Virus record (IMG/VR): IMGVR_UViG_3300029448_000029
Coordinates: 1-61,784 of that record
Direction: 5' to 3' (one strand)
Source of the DNA: a virus
Taxonomy: Duplodnaviria > Caudoviricetes
Length of the DNA stretch: 61,784 nucleotides
The notes below the pieces were generated by a model. The model saw only the letters and a list, made by a program, of their open reading frames with translations. It was not told the origin of the DNA and searched no databases. Of the stretch, positions 37,239 to 47,658 are shown one piece after another; positions within the stretch are counted from its first letter, which is position 1; every line of letters starts with the position of its first letter. The position numbers were made by a program, and so were the translations under genes.

Positions 37239-39509
37239 TCATGATTGGGATGGCATTCCGGGGATATTATTGTTTAAATCTGCGTCTGCAACATAGTGAA
37301 CAGATATCTTATCGAAGTCAACGACCCCACTTGTTGTTTCGATAATGAATCCGTCTTTTGTTACGTTTGTTTTTGAAAGTGATGATACCAAACTACCGGA
37401 TCTAACTTGTAAGTTATGTCCTACAGATCCACCCGCGTCTTTCAAATCGTTCTGAGCGGTGGCATTGTAAGCATCCCCAGTTTCTCCGGAGAAAGGTGAG
37501 TAGAACTCTAACACCTCTGGTGTTCCTCTCATTCTCACTGGGAATCTAACAGTGTGATCATTGCTATTTGGGAGATCAACAAAGTTAATTGATGTAGCAT
37601 CTGGAATATTATTAATCGTTGTGTTTGTCAACGTGGTAACATCTGGGGCATAACTTCTCTGATAATATCTGGCACATAATTCATACTCATCCTCAATGGT
37701 TCTGGGTTCAACCGGAGTCGAAGAGATACCTCTTTCAAGTTTAAACTGTGCAAGATCAATATTTCCACTAACTTTAGTTAAGTCAAGACCCGTGGCAAAG
37801 TAGTGTGGTAAGTTTGCACTTGGTGTGTTGTCCATTTCGGGAACACTAAATACGGTAATATATTTTTTCCAACTGGTTCCAAACTCAATCGCACCCAGTT
37901 CAGTTTTGGTTTCAGTATTGAGTCCGTTATAGTTTTGTTTAATGAACACTTCTGCTGTTTGCCCAGAATTTGCCGCTTTCGCATAGAAACCAAGAGTCAT
38001 ATTTTCACCACGGAAAGAATCTGCACCCTCTATTCTATGTTCAACGTGAATAATATCATCATATGTGTTGCCGGGGATGCTGTTGTTTAATCTGGTATAG
38101 TAAAGTGGATTACCTTCAACCTCTGTTTGTGTGATAGCAAATTCTTTTCTCTCGATACTCAATGTTCCGCTACCAGTAACACCAACAAAGTCGGTGTTGG
38201 TTCGATTCAATCTAACCCATCTATCAGCGAAGTATGTTGGTCCTGTTCCAAGGTGTGCAGATCCAACACCAACACCTCTTTGCCAAATCGTCATCGAGCC
38301 ATTGGGGAGAAGGTTTTGGTTAACATACGAAACACCACCCGTTGATGCCGTAAGTCCCCCGACATTTGGAATTGCGTTTCTAGCATATTGTTGACCAACA
38401 CCGTTTGTCGCTGAACTTGAGCCTGAAATTTGCCCAAGCATCGGATTTACTACTATCGCAGAATCACTTCCACGAGACACACCGACAGCGACGACGGGGG
38501 ATCCAGTAAACGTTGAAGTTAAATCACCATCATCATTTACATACAATGGGCCAAGTGAATTCGTTGGTGATTCCACGACATAACCACTTGTAACAATTTT
38601 AACTGTTAATGGAGAGGATGATGGAACGGCAGTCACGACTCCAACTATGCTACTAAGAGTTGATTCTGTGTTTGCTTTTGCGATAGTATATGAACTTCCA
38701 TCATAAGCGATAACTTTACCAATGGTGAATCCTGCGAGTATAGCGAAGGGAACTTGTGCGGTCGTGAGGAAGAAAGCATTGTTGTCTGCGTTCGTGTCTC
38801 CGGTGCCACCAGTTCCTGCGAGCAATTGTCCTCTATAATTGTAGAAAACACCACCAGTTGAACTCGTTGCAAGGAAAACTGGTTTTGAAACTTGACCAAT
38901 AACATTTGGTTCATCTTTGGTTAAACGACCTGGATTTAGGGGATCCAAGAAGTGAATGCAACCAGCGGACAATCCCCCATTACTTTCATTAAAACCACCA
39001 AGATCAACAAAGCCATGAGTGGCAACCGAAATTTCATTAGTTCCTCGTTCACCCAGAGCGATACCTAAAACCTCTGCGTTTGTTGCATTGTCCGCTTTTG
39101 CAAGTGTCACACCACCAATGCTCTCATCATAGCGAACGATATCACCTCCGGTGATGCCGGTGTTGTGTCCACTAATACCAAGACTAACTGTTTTAACACC
39201 AGCAAATGCGGCACTAAAATCATAATTAAGTGTGCCGTTAATGGAGACATCATTAAACGTCATACCCTTACTAACGTTACCACTTAATTCAACAAGAACA
39301 TCACCCGCAGAAACACCCGTGGGTGTGAAGCCAGCCGAATCGGAAGTTATACCGACAACAAGATTGATACCATCACCAGAGATACCATCGTAAATTTTAA
39401 GTCGATTTAACTTACCGATAATATCAATGTTGGTTTTTGATGCCCATTCAAAGAAAGACGTATTTGAAGTCAGTTCTTCGATTTGAAAATTATTGTCTTC
39501 TACTCCCAT
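37239..39509 (-). CDS. Tail fibre / baseplate-attached virion protein
   Basis: N-terminal anchor-like SFFEWASKTN; two GDIVRYD..LAKAD..AEVLG-type modules; C-terminal NLLPNGSMTIWQRG..FADRW..LAQFKLERG..TPVEPR...EYELCARYYQ domain common in phage fibres. Confidence 0.7.
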   Translation of the reverse strand: MGVEDNNFQIEELTSNTSFFEWASKTNIDIIGKLNRLKIYDGISGDGINLVVGITSDSAGFTPTGVSAGDVLVELSGNVSKGMTFNDVSINGTLNYDFSAAFAGVKTVSLGISGHNTGITGGDIVRYDESIGGVTLAKADNATNAEVLGIALGERGTNEISVATHGFVDLGGFNESNGGLSAGCIHFLDPLNPGRLTKDEPNVIGQVSKPVFLATSSTGGVFYNYRGQLLAGTGGTGDTNADNNAFFLTTAQVPFAILAGFTIGKVIAYDGSSYTIAKANTESTLSSIVGVVTAVPSSSPLTVKIVTSGYVVESPTNSLGPLYVNDDGDLTSTFTGSPVVAVGVSRGSDSAIVVNPMLGQISGSSSATNGVGQQYARNAIPNVGGLTASTGGVSYVNQNLLPNGSMTIWQRGVGVGSAHLGTGPTYFADRWVRLNRTNTDFVGVTGSGTLSIERKEFAITQTEVEGNPLYYTRLNNSIPGNTYDDIIHVEHRIEGADSFRGENMTLGFYAKAANSGQTAEVFIKQNYNGLNTETKTELGAIEFGTSWKKYITVFSVPEMDNTPSANLPHYFATGLDLTKVSGNIDLAQFKLERGISSTPVEPRTIEDEYELCARYYQRSYAPDVTTLTNTTINNIPDATSINFVDLPNSNDHTVRFPVRMRGTPEVLEFYSPFSGETGDAYNATAQNDLKDAGGSVGHNLQVRSGSLVSSLSKTNVTKDGFIIETTSGVVDFDKISVHYVADADLNNNIPGMPSQS

Positions 39510-39516
39510 GTTTACC

Positions 39517-41742
39517 TCAAGTTATTTTAGTGATTAGTAAATTGTTCATGTATCTAATCTCTTTATTTAGGTGATCTATGTAAAACACTGGAGCAAAGTT
39601 TTCCGTATCTTCTAAATTTACAGAGTCAACAAAATCTGCCCCAGAAAAGTTTATTTGAATTCTCGTTGGACCCAACGATTTGGATCTTTTTGGTTTGAAT
39701 GATGGATCTTGATTTGAATCTATTTCTCGTTGCAACATATTTAGTCCGACAACCGTTTTTCCAGAATTTAATTTTGGTATGGATAATGCAAAAGCACTTT
39801 CATTCGTAAGTGCATAACTTAAACGAACAGGGTATCTCAACCCATCTCCACCTCTCGTTTTATCGACAGAGTAATAGTCAGATTCTAAAAAAGTCACATT
39901 AATGTTGTTTGTATTCTCACTTACCGACAACGGATTTTGTTTCGTTATGGTTCTCTCTGTATAATTACCGACACCACCACCGAGAGCAATTCTATCTGGG
40001 AATAGAGGAGTCGCTCCGTTCCAGTGTCCTCCACCAACTCTCATGTTTTCGGACTGAGAGCCATTGTAATACGGCCAAGAGAATCCAACTTCACCTAAGA
40101 ATGAGAAACCCTCTCTGATATTTTGTTGGAACTCGTTGAGGTCTGATGAAGATATCGTTGAGCCATTATAGAAGCCAATGTAACGATAGTTTTTATTATC
40201 ACGTTGTTGATCTATAGAATCAATACCCGTTTTAAGATTTTCCTCACTTTGAACGTCGGTTTGTATTCCATAATCACCATGAAACTGTTGTCCGATAGCA
40301 TCAAGACCGTTTGGCATATAATACTCCACATCGTTTAAAACGTGTATGTGGAAACCGATAAGCCCTCTTTGTCTTTCCTCTACAGTTCTTGCCTCCTCTG
40401 GTGTCGGACTTGCATCTCTTGCCGCTTGCTTTGTTCGATACAAAGGATAGTAACCTAAAACATCAAAAGGTCCTGTCTCAGTAACTCCCAATGATTGCTG
40501 TTGCGATTCGTCCTCAACGATAACCGTGGGGGGAGAAAAACGATACGGGTGATCTTGAGGCAACTGAGAAGCAATTTGATATTTGTGTGCGAAATATCCC
40601 TCTAATTTGTTTCTAATTTCATCGTTTAAAACAAGCCTTGGACCGAGTTGATCAGTGTCACCCGCACAAACACTACTCCAATAATTTTCCTCCATAGCCT
40701 TTACATAAACAATTTCAGTAACAGCAGAAGATTGCGGTATAAATTGCCGAGTAATTTCCTCTGGATCTGGATCGTCCTCTGGACGTCCACTTTTTATTTT
40801 ATACGCACCTAAAGTTGTTTCAAATGGCGCACTCAATCCCGTTCTAACGTATGCAACGATATCCTCAAATGGTCGAACATCTAATTGTCTACCATCAATA
40901 AATGTTCCTATATGATTTGCTGGGACACTAATGCCGGTCGTTTCCGTTGATATTCTTAACATACCAGCACTAATTCTTGCTTTTGTTCCAAAATCAAGTT
41001 CGGGTATCGTGGAGTTTAATGTTGTTATAACTTTTTCATTAAAAATATTTCTAGCCCCAGCGGAAAAATACACACCAACAGAATTGTTGTCATAATTCAC
41101 ACCAAAATGAAGATGACCACCATCAAATTCAACTGTTTGACCACTTTCCCCCGAAGCAAGAGCCCCGTGTCCTAATACAACTCCAAAATTTTCCTCTTGA
41201 TTAATACTATCAACATAAGTCGATGGATTAACCGTTACAGTCATAACCAATACGTCTCTTAATCCACCAAATATTTGTGTGCCATCTGGACAATTATAAT
41301 AATTGCCTTCCTCGTATTGATTGTTACCGAAAATAACATTGGCAGCGCCAGGGGCACGAACTTGCTTTGTCATTGCAGTGCCATTTCCATTTTCATCAAA
41401 AACTAAAATTTTTGTGTTTGGCCTATTACCCACAGTCGCAGTTTTTACCTCGGGTGCGTTTGGATTATCAAGATTGCTCGACATTGGATAAATAGACTTT
41501 TTCACTTGAGCAAAATTTGCCCCAGGCACATAATTTACTCCATTTTCATCTTTGGAAAAATTAACTGTATTTTTAAGTGGAAAGGCAGGATCAGTGGTGG
41601 TTTCATATTCAGTTATGCTGTCTTGATTAACCCAATAAACTAAACTTTCATCCAAATCATTGGGTGTCCATAGTCGTGTAACTGGTGGTGCAGAAGGAGT
41701 CTCCGTTGCATCCTTTCCAAATTGTCTATCTTCGCATGACAT
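39517..41742 (-). CDS. Multidomain virion protein: lectin/LamG-like region, small His-containing domain, degenerate DUF4815-like C-terminus
   Basis: LWTPNDL..SLVYW ... RNKLEGYFAHKY...LP.DHPYR; GYYPLYRT...HIH...YYMPNG...HG; C-terminus paralogous to the gene at 41742-42689. Confidence 0.55.
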   Translation of the reverse strand: MSCEDRQFGKDATETPSAPPVTRLWTPNDLDESLVYWVNQDSITEYETTTDPAFPLKNTVNFSKDENGVNYVPGANFAQVKKSIYPMSSNLDNPNAPEVKTATVGNRPNTKILVFDENGNGTAMTKQVRAPGAANVIFGNNQYEEGNYYNCPDGTQIFGGLRDVLVMTVTVNPSTYVDSINQEENFGVVLGHGALASGESGQTVEFDGGHLHFGVNYDNNSVGVYFSAGARNIFNEKVITTLNSTIPELDFGTKARISAGMLRISTETTGISVPANHIGTFIDGRQLDVRPFEDIVAYVRTGLSAPFETTLGAYKIKSGRPEDDPDPEEITRQFIPQSSAVTEIVYVKAMEENYWSSVCAGDTDQLGPRLVLNDEIRNKLEGYFAHKYQIASQLPQDHPYRFSPPTVIVEDESQQQSLGVTETGPFDVLGYYPLYRTKQAARDASPTPEEARTVEERQRGLIGFHIHVLNDVEYYMPNGLDAIGQQFHGDYGIQTDVQSEENLKTGIDSIDQQRDNKNYRYIGFYNGSTISSSDLNEFQQNIREGFSFLGEVGFSWPYYNGSQSENMRVGGGHWNGATPLFPDRIALGGGVGNYTERTITKQNPLSVSENTNNINVTFLESDYYSVDKTRGGDGLRYPVRLSYALTNESAFALSIPKLNSGKTVVGLNMLQREIDSNQDPSFKPKRSKSLGPTRIQINFSGADFVDSVNLEDTENFAPVFYIDHLNKEIRYMNNLLITKIT

Positions 41743-42689
41743 TAACCAGCACCACCATAACTACCCAAAGTTAAGGAGGAGTTGGCTGCATTTGTAACAA
41801 AAACAGGAAGTCCGTTCATATATCGAACTTCACTTTCCCCATGATCAATGTAAAGAACATCTGCCACTTGACTTGCCGAGAAAAGAGAAAGTCCATTCAC
41901 ACCATCGGGATCATGAACTCCAATCTGTTGAAAAGAAATTTCAACTCGTGCTGCACCAGCAGCAACGTCATTGTAAAAACCAGATGAATTATCATTCAAA
42001 GTGCTATCTGCACCTTGTTCTGGATTTGTCATGGTTGTGGGTTTTACATATCTTTGAACCATTGTCAGTCCAACATTTGTGACTCCCGACTCTCTTTTTG
42101 GAATCGTGGCAGTATAGTCACCCAAACTAGAATTTAAATAAACCATATATTTAAATCCATTATCCACTTGCGTGCCTGTTTTTATTTCTGAGAAATAAAA
42201 CCCGTCTTTAAAAGTTATTCTAAGTGCATCTCCCAAGTCTATAACATCGACCAAATCAGGAATATCGTTAAAAAACGCAGGGTAATTTAGCGGATCAATA
42301 ACAATGTCACCCGCCCCATCAAATGATATTTGAGCGAATTCAATATTGTTGTATGGTGAAACTGGAGTTGCTCCTGCCCAACCGGGTCCGGCATATCTTC
42401 TATCAGTTTCCTCGTCTCCTGATCCAGAAAAAGGCTCACCAGAAAAAGCACCCCAAGCATTTACCATAAAAGCAAATAAAGACTGTTCAAGATAAAAATA
42501 TTCTTGAATCTCATTCAACTCTGCCGCTTGCAGAGGATATCCGGGTCTGAATGCAACATACTTGTAATTTTTTGCGTCTGCAAAAGCATCTAGTTGATGA
42601 GTTAAAACTCTGGAGTTATACGGTGCAACAGATAGAGGTGTTTTTGGTTCCTCATTTTTGATAGAGAATGGAAGAATAGGTCGTGCCAT
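41742..42689 (-). CDS. DUF4815/VrlC-like baseplate-associated protein (short form)
   Basis: KNYKYVAFRPGYPLQAAELNEIQ and LNDNSSG..N..AGAAR motifs; immediately after gp8. Confidence 0.7.
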   Translation of the reverse strand: MARPILPFSIKNEEPKTPLSVAPYNSRVLTHQLDAFADAKNYKYVAFRPGYPLQAAELNEIQEYFYLEQSLFAFMVNAWGAFSGEPFSGSGDEETDRRYAGPGWAGATPVSPYNNIEFAQISFDGAGDIVIDPLNYPAFFNDIPDLVDVIDLGDALRITFKDGFYFSEIKTGTQVDNGFKYMVYLNSSLGDYTATIPKRESGVTNVGLTMVQRYVKPTTMTNPEQGADSTLNDNSSGFYNDVAAGAARVEISFQQIGVHDPDGVNGLSLFSASQVADVLYIDHGESEVRYMNGLPVFVTNAANSSLTLGSYGGAG

Positions 42690-42697
42690 TTGTTACC

Positions 42698-44554
42698 TCA
42701 ATATGATCCGAGTGTGTAAATAAACTGGAATGAAACTTCTTTTGGTGCTGTTGAAGTTGTGACATTTGTTACGTTGGATGAAACAAGTTCTCCCGTGAAT
42801 GGTGTGATGGTTGGCTCAGCATCAATGGATTCCACCTCAAATCTAAACTGTTGGCCTGTGACGTTATCTGAAATAACATCACCAACTCTATACGGTGTTT
42901 CTCTTTTTAAACTACCCTTAACTTTTGTATTAGATATTGTCTCTAAGTTTGCACGCGCCAACACCCCGCTTGATCCAAAGAAAGTAACCTTACTTGATTG
43001 TTTAGTTTTTGCACCAGCCTTAGTAAGGTTTGCTTGAGCCGTTGTTGATTTTGTAACATTCGAAATTGAAGTTGATGCTGCGATGGTTGGATTGTCACCG
43101 AAAGTAAATGTAGCAGCACTCAGGGTGGGGAGTTCCTTTAAGGTAATCTTAAATTTATTTGTGAACACCTCAGACTCATTTCTATTTGTTCCAGATCCTG
43201 CTATAATTTCAGCACCACCTCTATTGGTTTTGACATCTCGAAACAATCCATAACGAGTGAATGTTGACTGTGACGTATCAGCGGTGTCGCTTATTTGATC
43301 TGCACGAACAACAACTTTGATCATAACTTTTGTGGCACCAATCAATCGTCTTGGATCTGCAAAAAGACCACCTTGATAATCAAGTGCAAAAGTAATTCTA
43401 TTTCCAAGATTCTCGATGGGTGCAGCAACAACCGAAATATCTCGATAGTCTTTGCCCGCACTTCTTAGTTGGATTCCATCAACAACGTAATTCTGTCCTT
43501 TTTTATAAGTTGTCAATCTTACTTCAGCACCCTCTCCAGTTTGGCTACTAAGAGTAAGAACAGGGTTCTCCGTTGTAATTGTAAGATCCTCTTCAGTGAG
43601 ACCAGATAAATCTATGAAGACGTTGTGAATCTTCCCTTCATTTTCCTTAGAGTTTTTGTAAACTTCGGATTGAAGTTTTGTGTTTGAATTAGGACTAAGG
43701 AACTTAGATCCATCTATTGCCAACTCATAACCAGATTTTACTGGTATTTTAGGGGCACAACCAGTCGAACCTGTTGCTCCAGTTCTACCACAGAATTGAT
43801 TTGGTCTGAAGATAAATTCTCTATTTAAACCTCTAGCCACCTCAAAGCACTTAGAGCAAAGAACATTGTCTATACAAAAATCGAGTTGACCTGCACGATA
43901 AATATTATCAGTGACGGGTTCGAGTGCATCATTTTTGTGATACAGACAACACGCCCCTGTTTCCCCAATATTTAATCCACAACCTCGTCTGAACGCTTCC
44001 TCTCTAAGAGAAACACCAGTGGGAACAACATCATACTCATTGATATCCGGAACGGGGATATAGTTGGTTGTTTTAAATTTTAATTGATCTAAATCTACTT
44101 TATACAGAAACTTCCATCTATAGCCATCCTCCAGAGGTTCATCATCTCTATCTCGTGTAGGCTTCACAGTTGAGGAATTTAATCCTCTTAAATCATAACG
44201 ATTTTTTTCGTTGGATCCCAAGCATACAAAAACCTCGTCTTTGTCTGTAATAGCATAATAGTTTCTGGCCTCACCAGTTTCACCCGCAGGAATGCCAGTC
44301 GATTGATAGGGATAATAAACACCACCGGACTTCCAGTTGACTCGTCTACCGACAATGGAAACGTCAGTGTCTCTAACTTTTTGCAAAAAGTTTACTGAGT
44401 CCCAAACGTCGTTGTCATCTTGAATAGTGTTGATTGGATTTTCAACTCCAGTCTCACCACCCAAGAAAAACAACCAATTACTTTGATCACCTCGAATGAA
44501 GTTGTAAAGTAATTTTGCATTGTCTATTCCAATTGATCTTTGGGTTGATACCAT
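42698..44554 (-). CDS. gp8: Baseplate wedge subunit
   Basis: RRVNWKSGGVYYPY, YYAITDKDEVFVCL, STVKPT, DGYRWKFLY, TNYIPV; synteny gp6-gp7-gp8. Confidence 0.85.
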   Translation of the reverse strand: MVSTQRSIGIDNAKLLYNFIRGDQSNWLFFLGGETGVENPINTIQDDNDVWDSVNFLQKVRDTDVSIVGRRVNWKSGGVYYPYQSTGIPAGETGEARNYYAITDKDEVFVCLGSNEKNRYDLRGLNSSTVKPTRDRDDEPLEDGYRWKFLYKVDLDQLKFKTTNYIPVPDINEYDVVPTGVSLREEAFRRGCGLNIGETGACCLYHKNDALEPVTDNIYRAGQLDFCIDNVLCSKCFEVARGLNREFIFRPNQFCGRTGATGSTGCAPKIPVKSGYELAIDGSKFLSPNSNTKLQSEVYKNSKENEGKIHNVFIDLSGLTEEDLTITTENPVLTLSSQTGEGAEVRLTTYKKGQNYVVDGIQLRSAGKDYRDISVVAAPIENLGNRITFALDYQGGLFADPRRLIGATKVMIKVVVRADQISDTADTSQSTFTRYGLFRDVKTNRGGAEIIAGSGTNRNESEVFTNKFKITLKELPTLSAATFTFGDNPTIAASTSISNVTKSTTAQANLTKAGAKTKQSSKVTFFGSSGVLARANLETISNTKVKGSLKRETPYRVGDVISDNVTGQQFRFEVESIDAEPTITPFTGELVSSNVTNVTTSTAPKEVSFQFIYTLGSY

Positions 44555-44566
44555 TTTTATTTCCTA

Positions 44567-45772
44567 TTAACTACAAGAGGGTAAACTTTGATTTGGACTA
44601 TCCGCAAGTTCTCGAAGAAAGAAGAAGTCACCAATATTTATATTGCGAAAAGCCGTCCCCTCAGTAATATCGACGGACCAGCCAGGATGATTAAATGTTG
44701 TGGCATTGTCTCCTGATCCGTCACGATCAAGATCAAATGTGCAACCCGATGGATAAGTTAATCCTTCTGTATCATTCAGACGATAGGGGATATAATTTCC
44801 CAGAATGGTTGTTTCGGATGATCCAAATTCACCCTCAAAATCTGCGGGTGGAACATAATCATCATTCTCCACATTAAATATAACTTGAATGCCTGCCGGG
44901 TGAGCGACCGTTTTATACGTTTCCTGTGCAGCATCGTCCAACTCAAACACTTGATCATCAATGTTATTTTTTACACGAAGAAGATATGCATAATCGTGAT
45001 AGAAACAGTTATCATGTAAAACTAATTCTCCGATTGCCGACTCTTGTAAATAAATTCCATCATCGGTATCTAAATTAGAATTACTTATCTCTGGAACACC
45101 ATCGTCTAATCTAATAACATTTCTTTTTGGCTCATAAATTTCTGTTTGTGCATCAATCTCAGGATATAGTTTTGAGAAGTAATATTGTGCGGCTTGCTTT
45201 GTGGTTTTCTTTGTGTAAAATTCTGCTCGGACATCCTTAATAAAATCAACTATCGAAGTTTCATCCGAACCAAAAACAGGAGTGAGGTGAGGATGATTTT
45301 CTAATCCTTCGGCATATTGAGAAACAACATTTGTCAATAAAGTTTTTCTAACATCGTCCTGATAGATAAACCCAGTTTCATCAATTCCCTCTGAATTTGG
45401 ATTTTTTGCTATTCTTTCAATGTCAATTAACTTCGATACGTCATCAATCGTGGTAAAATATTCAGAGCCATAGCCACCTAAAACAGATGGATTTGATGTG
45501 TAAAGCCACTCATAATATCCCTGAACAAAATAAATAAAATCGGTATAACCCAAAATAGAAAGATATTTGGGCAATCCTATATCGTAATAACCAACACCAG
45601 AACCTTCCGCTCGGGTGCTTCTCAGCGGGACATCAGGTCTTGGATAATTTGGAAATGGATCCGGAGGAGATAATCGTTTTGTGTCTGTAAATTGTGCCGG
45701 ATATTTAGATACAATTTCCCTATACCGATACTCTTTGTTTTTAGCCGTATTTTTTAATACTGAGCCGAACAT
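44567..45772 (-). CDS. gp7: Baseplate wedge initiator (compact)
   Basis: FVQGYYEWL, FIKDVR..FY.KK, LHDNCFYHDYAYLLR, VAHPAG; between gp6 and gp8. Confidence 0.75.
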   Translation of the reverse strand: MFGSVLKNTAKNKEYRYREIVSKYPAQFTDTKRLSPPDPFPNYPRPDVPLRSTRAEGSGVGYYDIGLPKYLSILGYTDFIYFVQGYYEWLYTSNPSVLGGYGSEYFTTIDDVSKLIDIERIAKNPNSEGIDETGFIYQDDVRKTLLTNVVSQYAEGLENHPHLTPVFGSDETSIVDFIKDVRAEFYTKKTTKQAAQYYFSKLYPEIDAQTEIYEPKRNVIRLDDGVPEISNSNLDTDDGIYLQESAIGELVLHDNCFYHDYAYLLRVKNNIDDQVFELDDAAQETYKTVAHPAGIQVIFNVENDDYVPPADFEGEFGSSETTILGNYIPYRLNDTEGLTYPSGCTFDLDRDGSGDNATTFNHPGWSVDITEGTAFRNINIGDFFFLRELADSPNQSLPSCS

Positions 45773-47658
45773 TACAGAGGTTTAACCTCCACATTTTGTT
45801 GAACAATATTTAAAACCATTTGTTGTTTTGCAGAGATATTATTGTTTTCTGGTTTGATGGTTAATTTTATTTCTTCATTACCAGTAACTCTAGGATTAAT
45901 TTTGATAAGTCCAGTTTTATGATTTATTTCACCAACACCGCCCTGCTCGACAACCTCAATAATGGTTCCGTTATCTCTACCAAGATAGAGTGGGGAAAAT
46001 CCATAAAGATTCGGTTCAAGCCCAGAGTCAACTATGAAAACATCATCCCTATCAAATCGAGGACTATAAAAACTACTTGATTTTAACCCTTGACCGATGC
46101 CTCCTCGTGTTATTTTATTTCTAAAAGAAATTTGATCAATAACGGCTGAGTTTACATCAAAATCAGTTTCCATTGTAACATCAGTGACAATATTTTCAGG
46201 AAGAATCGCGTTTGGCTCAGTTCCAGTAATAATTTCACTAAAACGTGATGTGATAAAATTATTATTAAATTTGGAACCACCATAATTTTGTTCAACGTTT
46301 TCTCTGATATCAAAAGATAATTGATCTTTATTTTTTTGTGTGTTTAATGAATTGAAAAATACAGTGTATGATAAATTCAGTTGGAATACTTGTGGTGGAA
46401 TATATTCTGGCATGATTGACAACGGTGATTTTTCTCTTAACAAGTCGAGAAGATCATTCGCTTGTTGAGGTCCAGTTGTAAGTAAAGAAACAAATACTCT
46501 ACCATAGTAAGGTGGATCCAATTCCTCACCACCAAACACACTAACGGTTCCCTCTGGACTAGATCCATCGGGAACAAAGTCTTTAATCAAACCAAGATAA
46601 TCATTTCTCGTAACAGCACGGTCCTGTGCGGCAAACCATTTTGGAGCAAAGAATCTGATTAACTCAGGATCAGGGCCGTCGGATCCAGCAAAACTCTCGG
46701 AAACTAATCGAACGCTTCCGTTTCCATCGGTGTAAGTAAATTTTCTAATCTCGTTTGCAACTTTTCCCGATGGAATAAGATAGGATATTCTAATCTTATC
46801 TGTCGGAAGTATTCTTCTACCAACATTGTCCGTTTCAAGATTTGGATTACCAACATCGACCAACTCTCCGTTTGCTCTCGCAGAGAAGATAATCTTCACA
46901 CCTTTATTTAATCTCTCAACGAAATAAATTGTGCTATCCTCGGAGATAGTAGAGTTTACGAATTCAGACTTCGAATATGTTGAAAAAGTAGAACCACCGT
47001 CTGTGCTAACTTCGAGTTCAATGGAGTCAATATCAATTCTGTCATCATTAAGAGTAAACGTTTGATTAGTGGTATTAACTAAATTCGTAATGTCTCGACG
47101 TAAGATTAAATCTTTTGCCTCGTATAGGATGACGCTCTCTGCCTTATTTGTCGTCGTATCTAATTCATAAGATTGTAAGGTATAAAAATTGTAGTTTGAT
47201 CCATCTGCATCTGTTCCAGTAAACTTGGAGTATTGTGGTATTCTTGCCGTCAAGTTTTCGACATCAATTGTTGCTCTAGCGGCAACTGATGCTCGAACAG
47301 TAAATCCAAGAGGTTTAGTTATAGATATCAAGGATTCCATTCGTTGTGCGGTGTCAAGATACAGTTCATTCGCAATCATGTTTGAATAGAAACCATAATA
47401 CATGGTGTTGTATGTGAGAGCGTCAATCAAAACATTTAAAGCGGATGAGGTAAAATCTAAATCATTAAGAGGACTATCTGTTCTCTGAAGATAGTTAATT
47501 ATACTTTGTTTGATTCCCTCATATGTTAAGTTACCGAGTCGAATAGAGGAATCCGACAAAATGGTTTCTTCGGCTGTTGCCGTTTCAGTGGAGTCACCAT
47601 TTCCATTTCTATAAACGTTTGAGCCTCCAGAACTTGTTTGTGTAGTATGGTATGACAT
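45772..47658 (-). CDS. gp6: Baseplate wedge subunit
   Basis: DLDFTSSALNVLIDAL.YNT.Y..FY.NM.ANELYLDTAQR, AQDRAVTRNDY, GGEELDPPYYGRVFVS. Confidence 0.92.
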   Translation of the reverse strand: MSYHTTQTSSGGSNVYRNGNGDSTETATAEETILSDSSIRLGNLTYEGIKQSIINYLQRTDSPLNDLDFTSSALNVLIDALTYNTMYYGFYSNMIANELYLDTAQRMESLISITKPLGFTVRASVAARATIDVENLTARIPQYSKFTGTDADGSNYNFYTLQSYELDTTTNKAESVILYEAKDLILRRDITNLVNTTNQTFTLNDDRIDIDSIELEVSTDGGSTFSTYSKSEFVNSTISEDSTIYFVERLNKGVKIIFSARANGELVDVGNPNLETDNVGRRILPTDKIRISYLIPSGKVANEIRKFTYTDGNGSVRLVSESFAGSDGPDPELIRFFAPKWFAAQDRAVTRNDYLGLIKDFVPDGSSPEGTVSVFGGEELDPPYYGRVFVSLLTTGPQQANDLLDLLREKSPLSIMPEYIPPQVFQLNLSYTVFFNSLNTQKNKDQLSFDIRENVEQNYGGSKFNNNFITSRFSEIITGTEPNAILPENIVTDVTMETDFDVNSAVIDQISFRNKITRGGIGQGLKSSSFYSPRFDRDDVFIVDSGLEPNLYGFSPLYLGRDNGTIIEVVEQGGVGEINHKTGLIKINPRVTGNEEIKLTIKPENNNISAKQQMVLNIVQQNVEVKPL

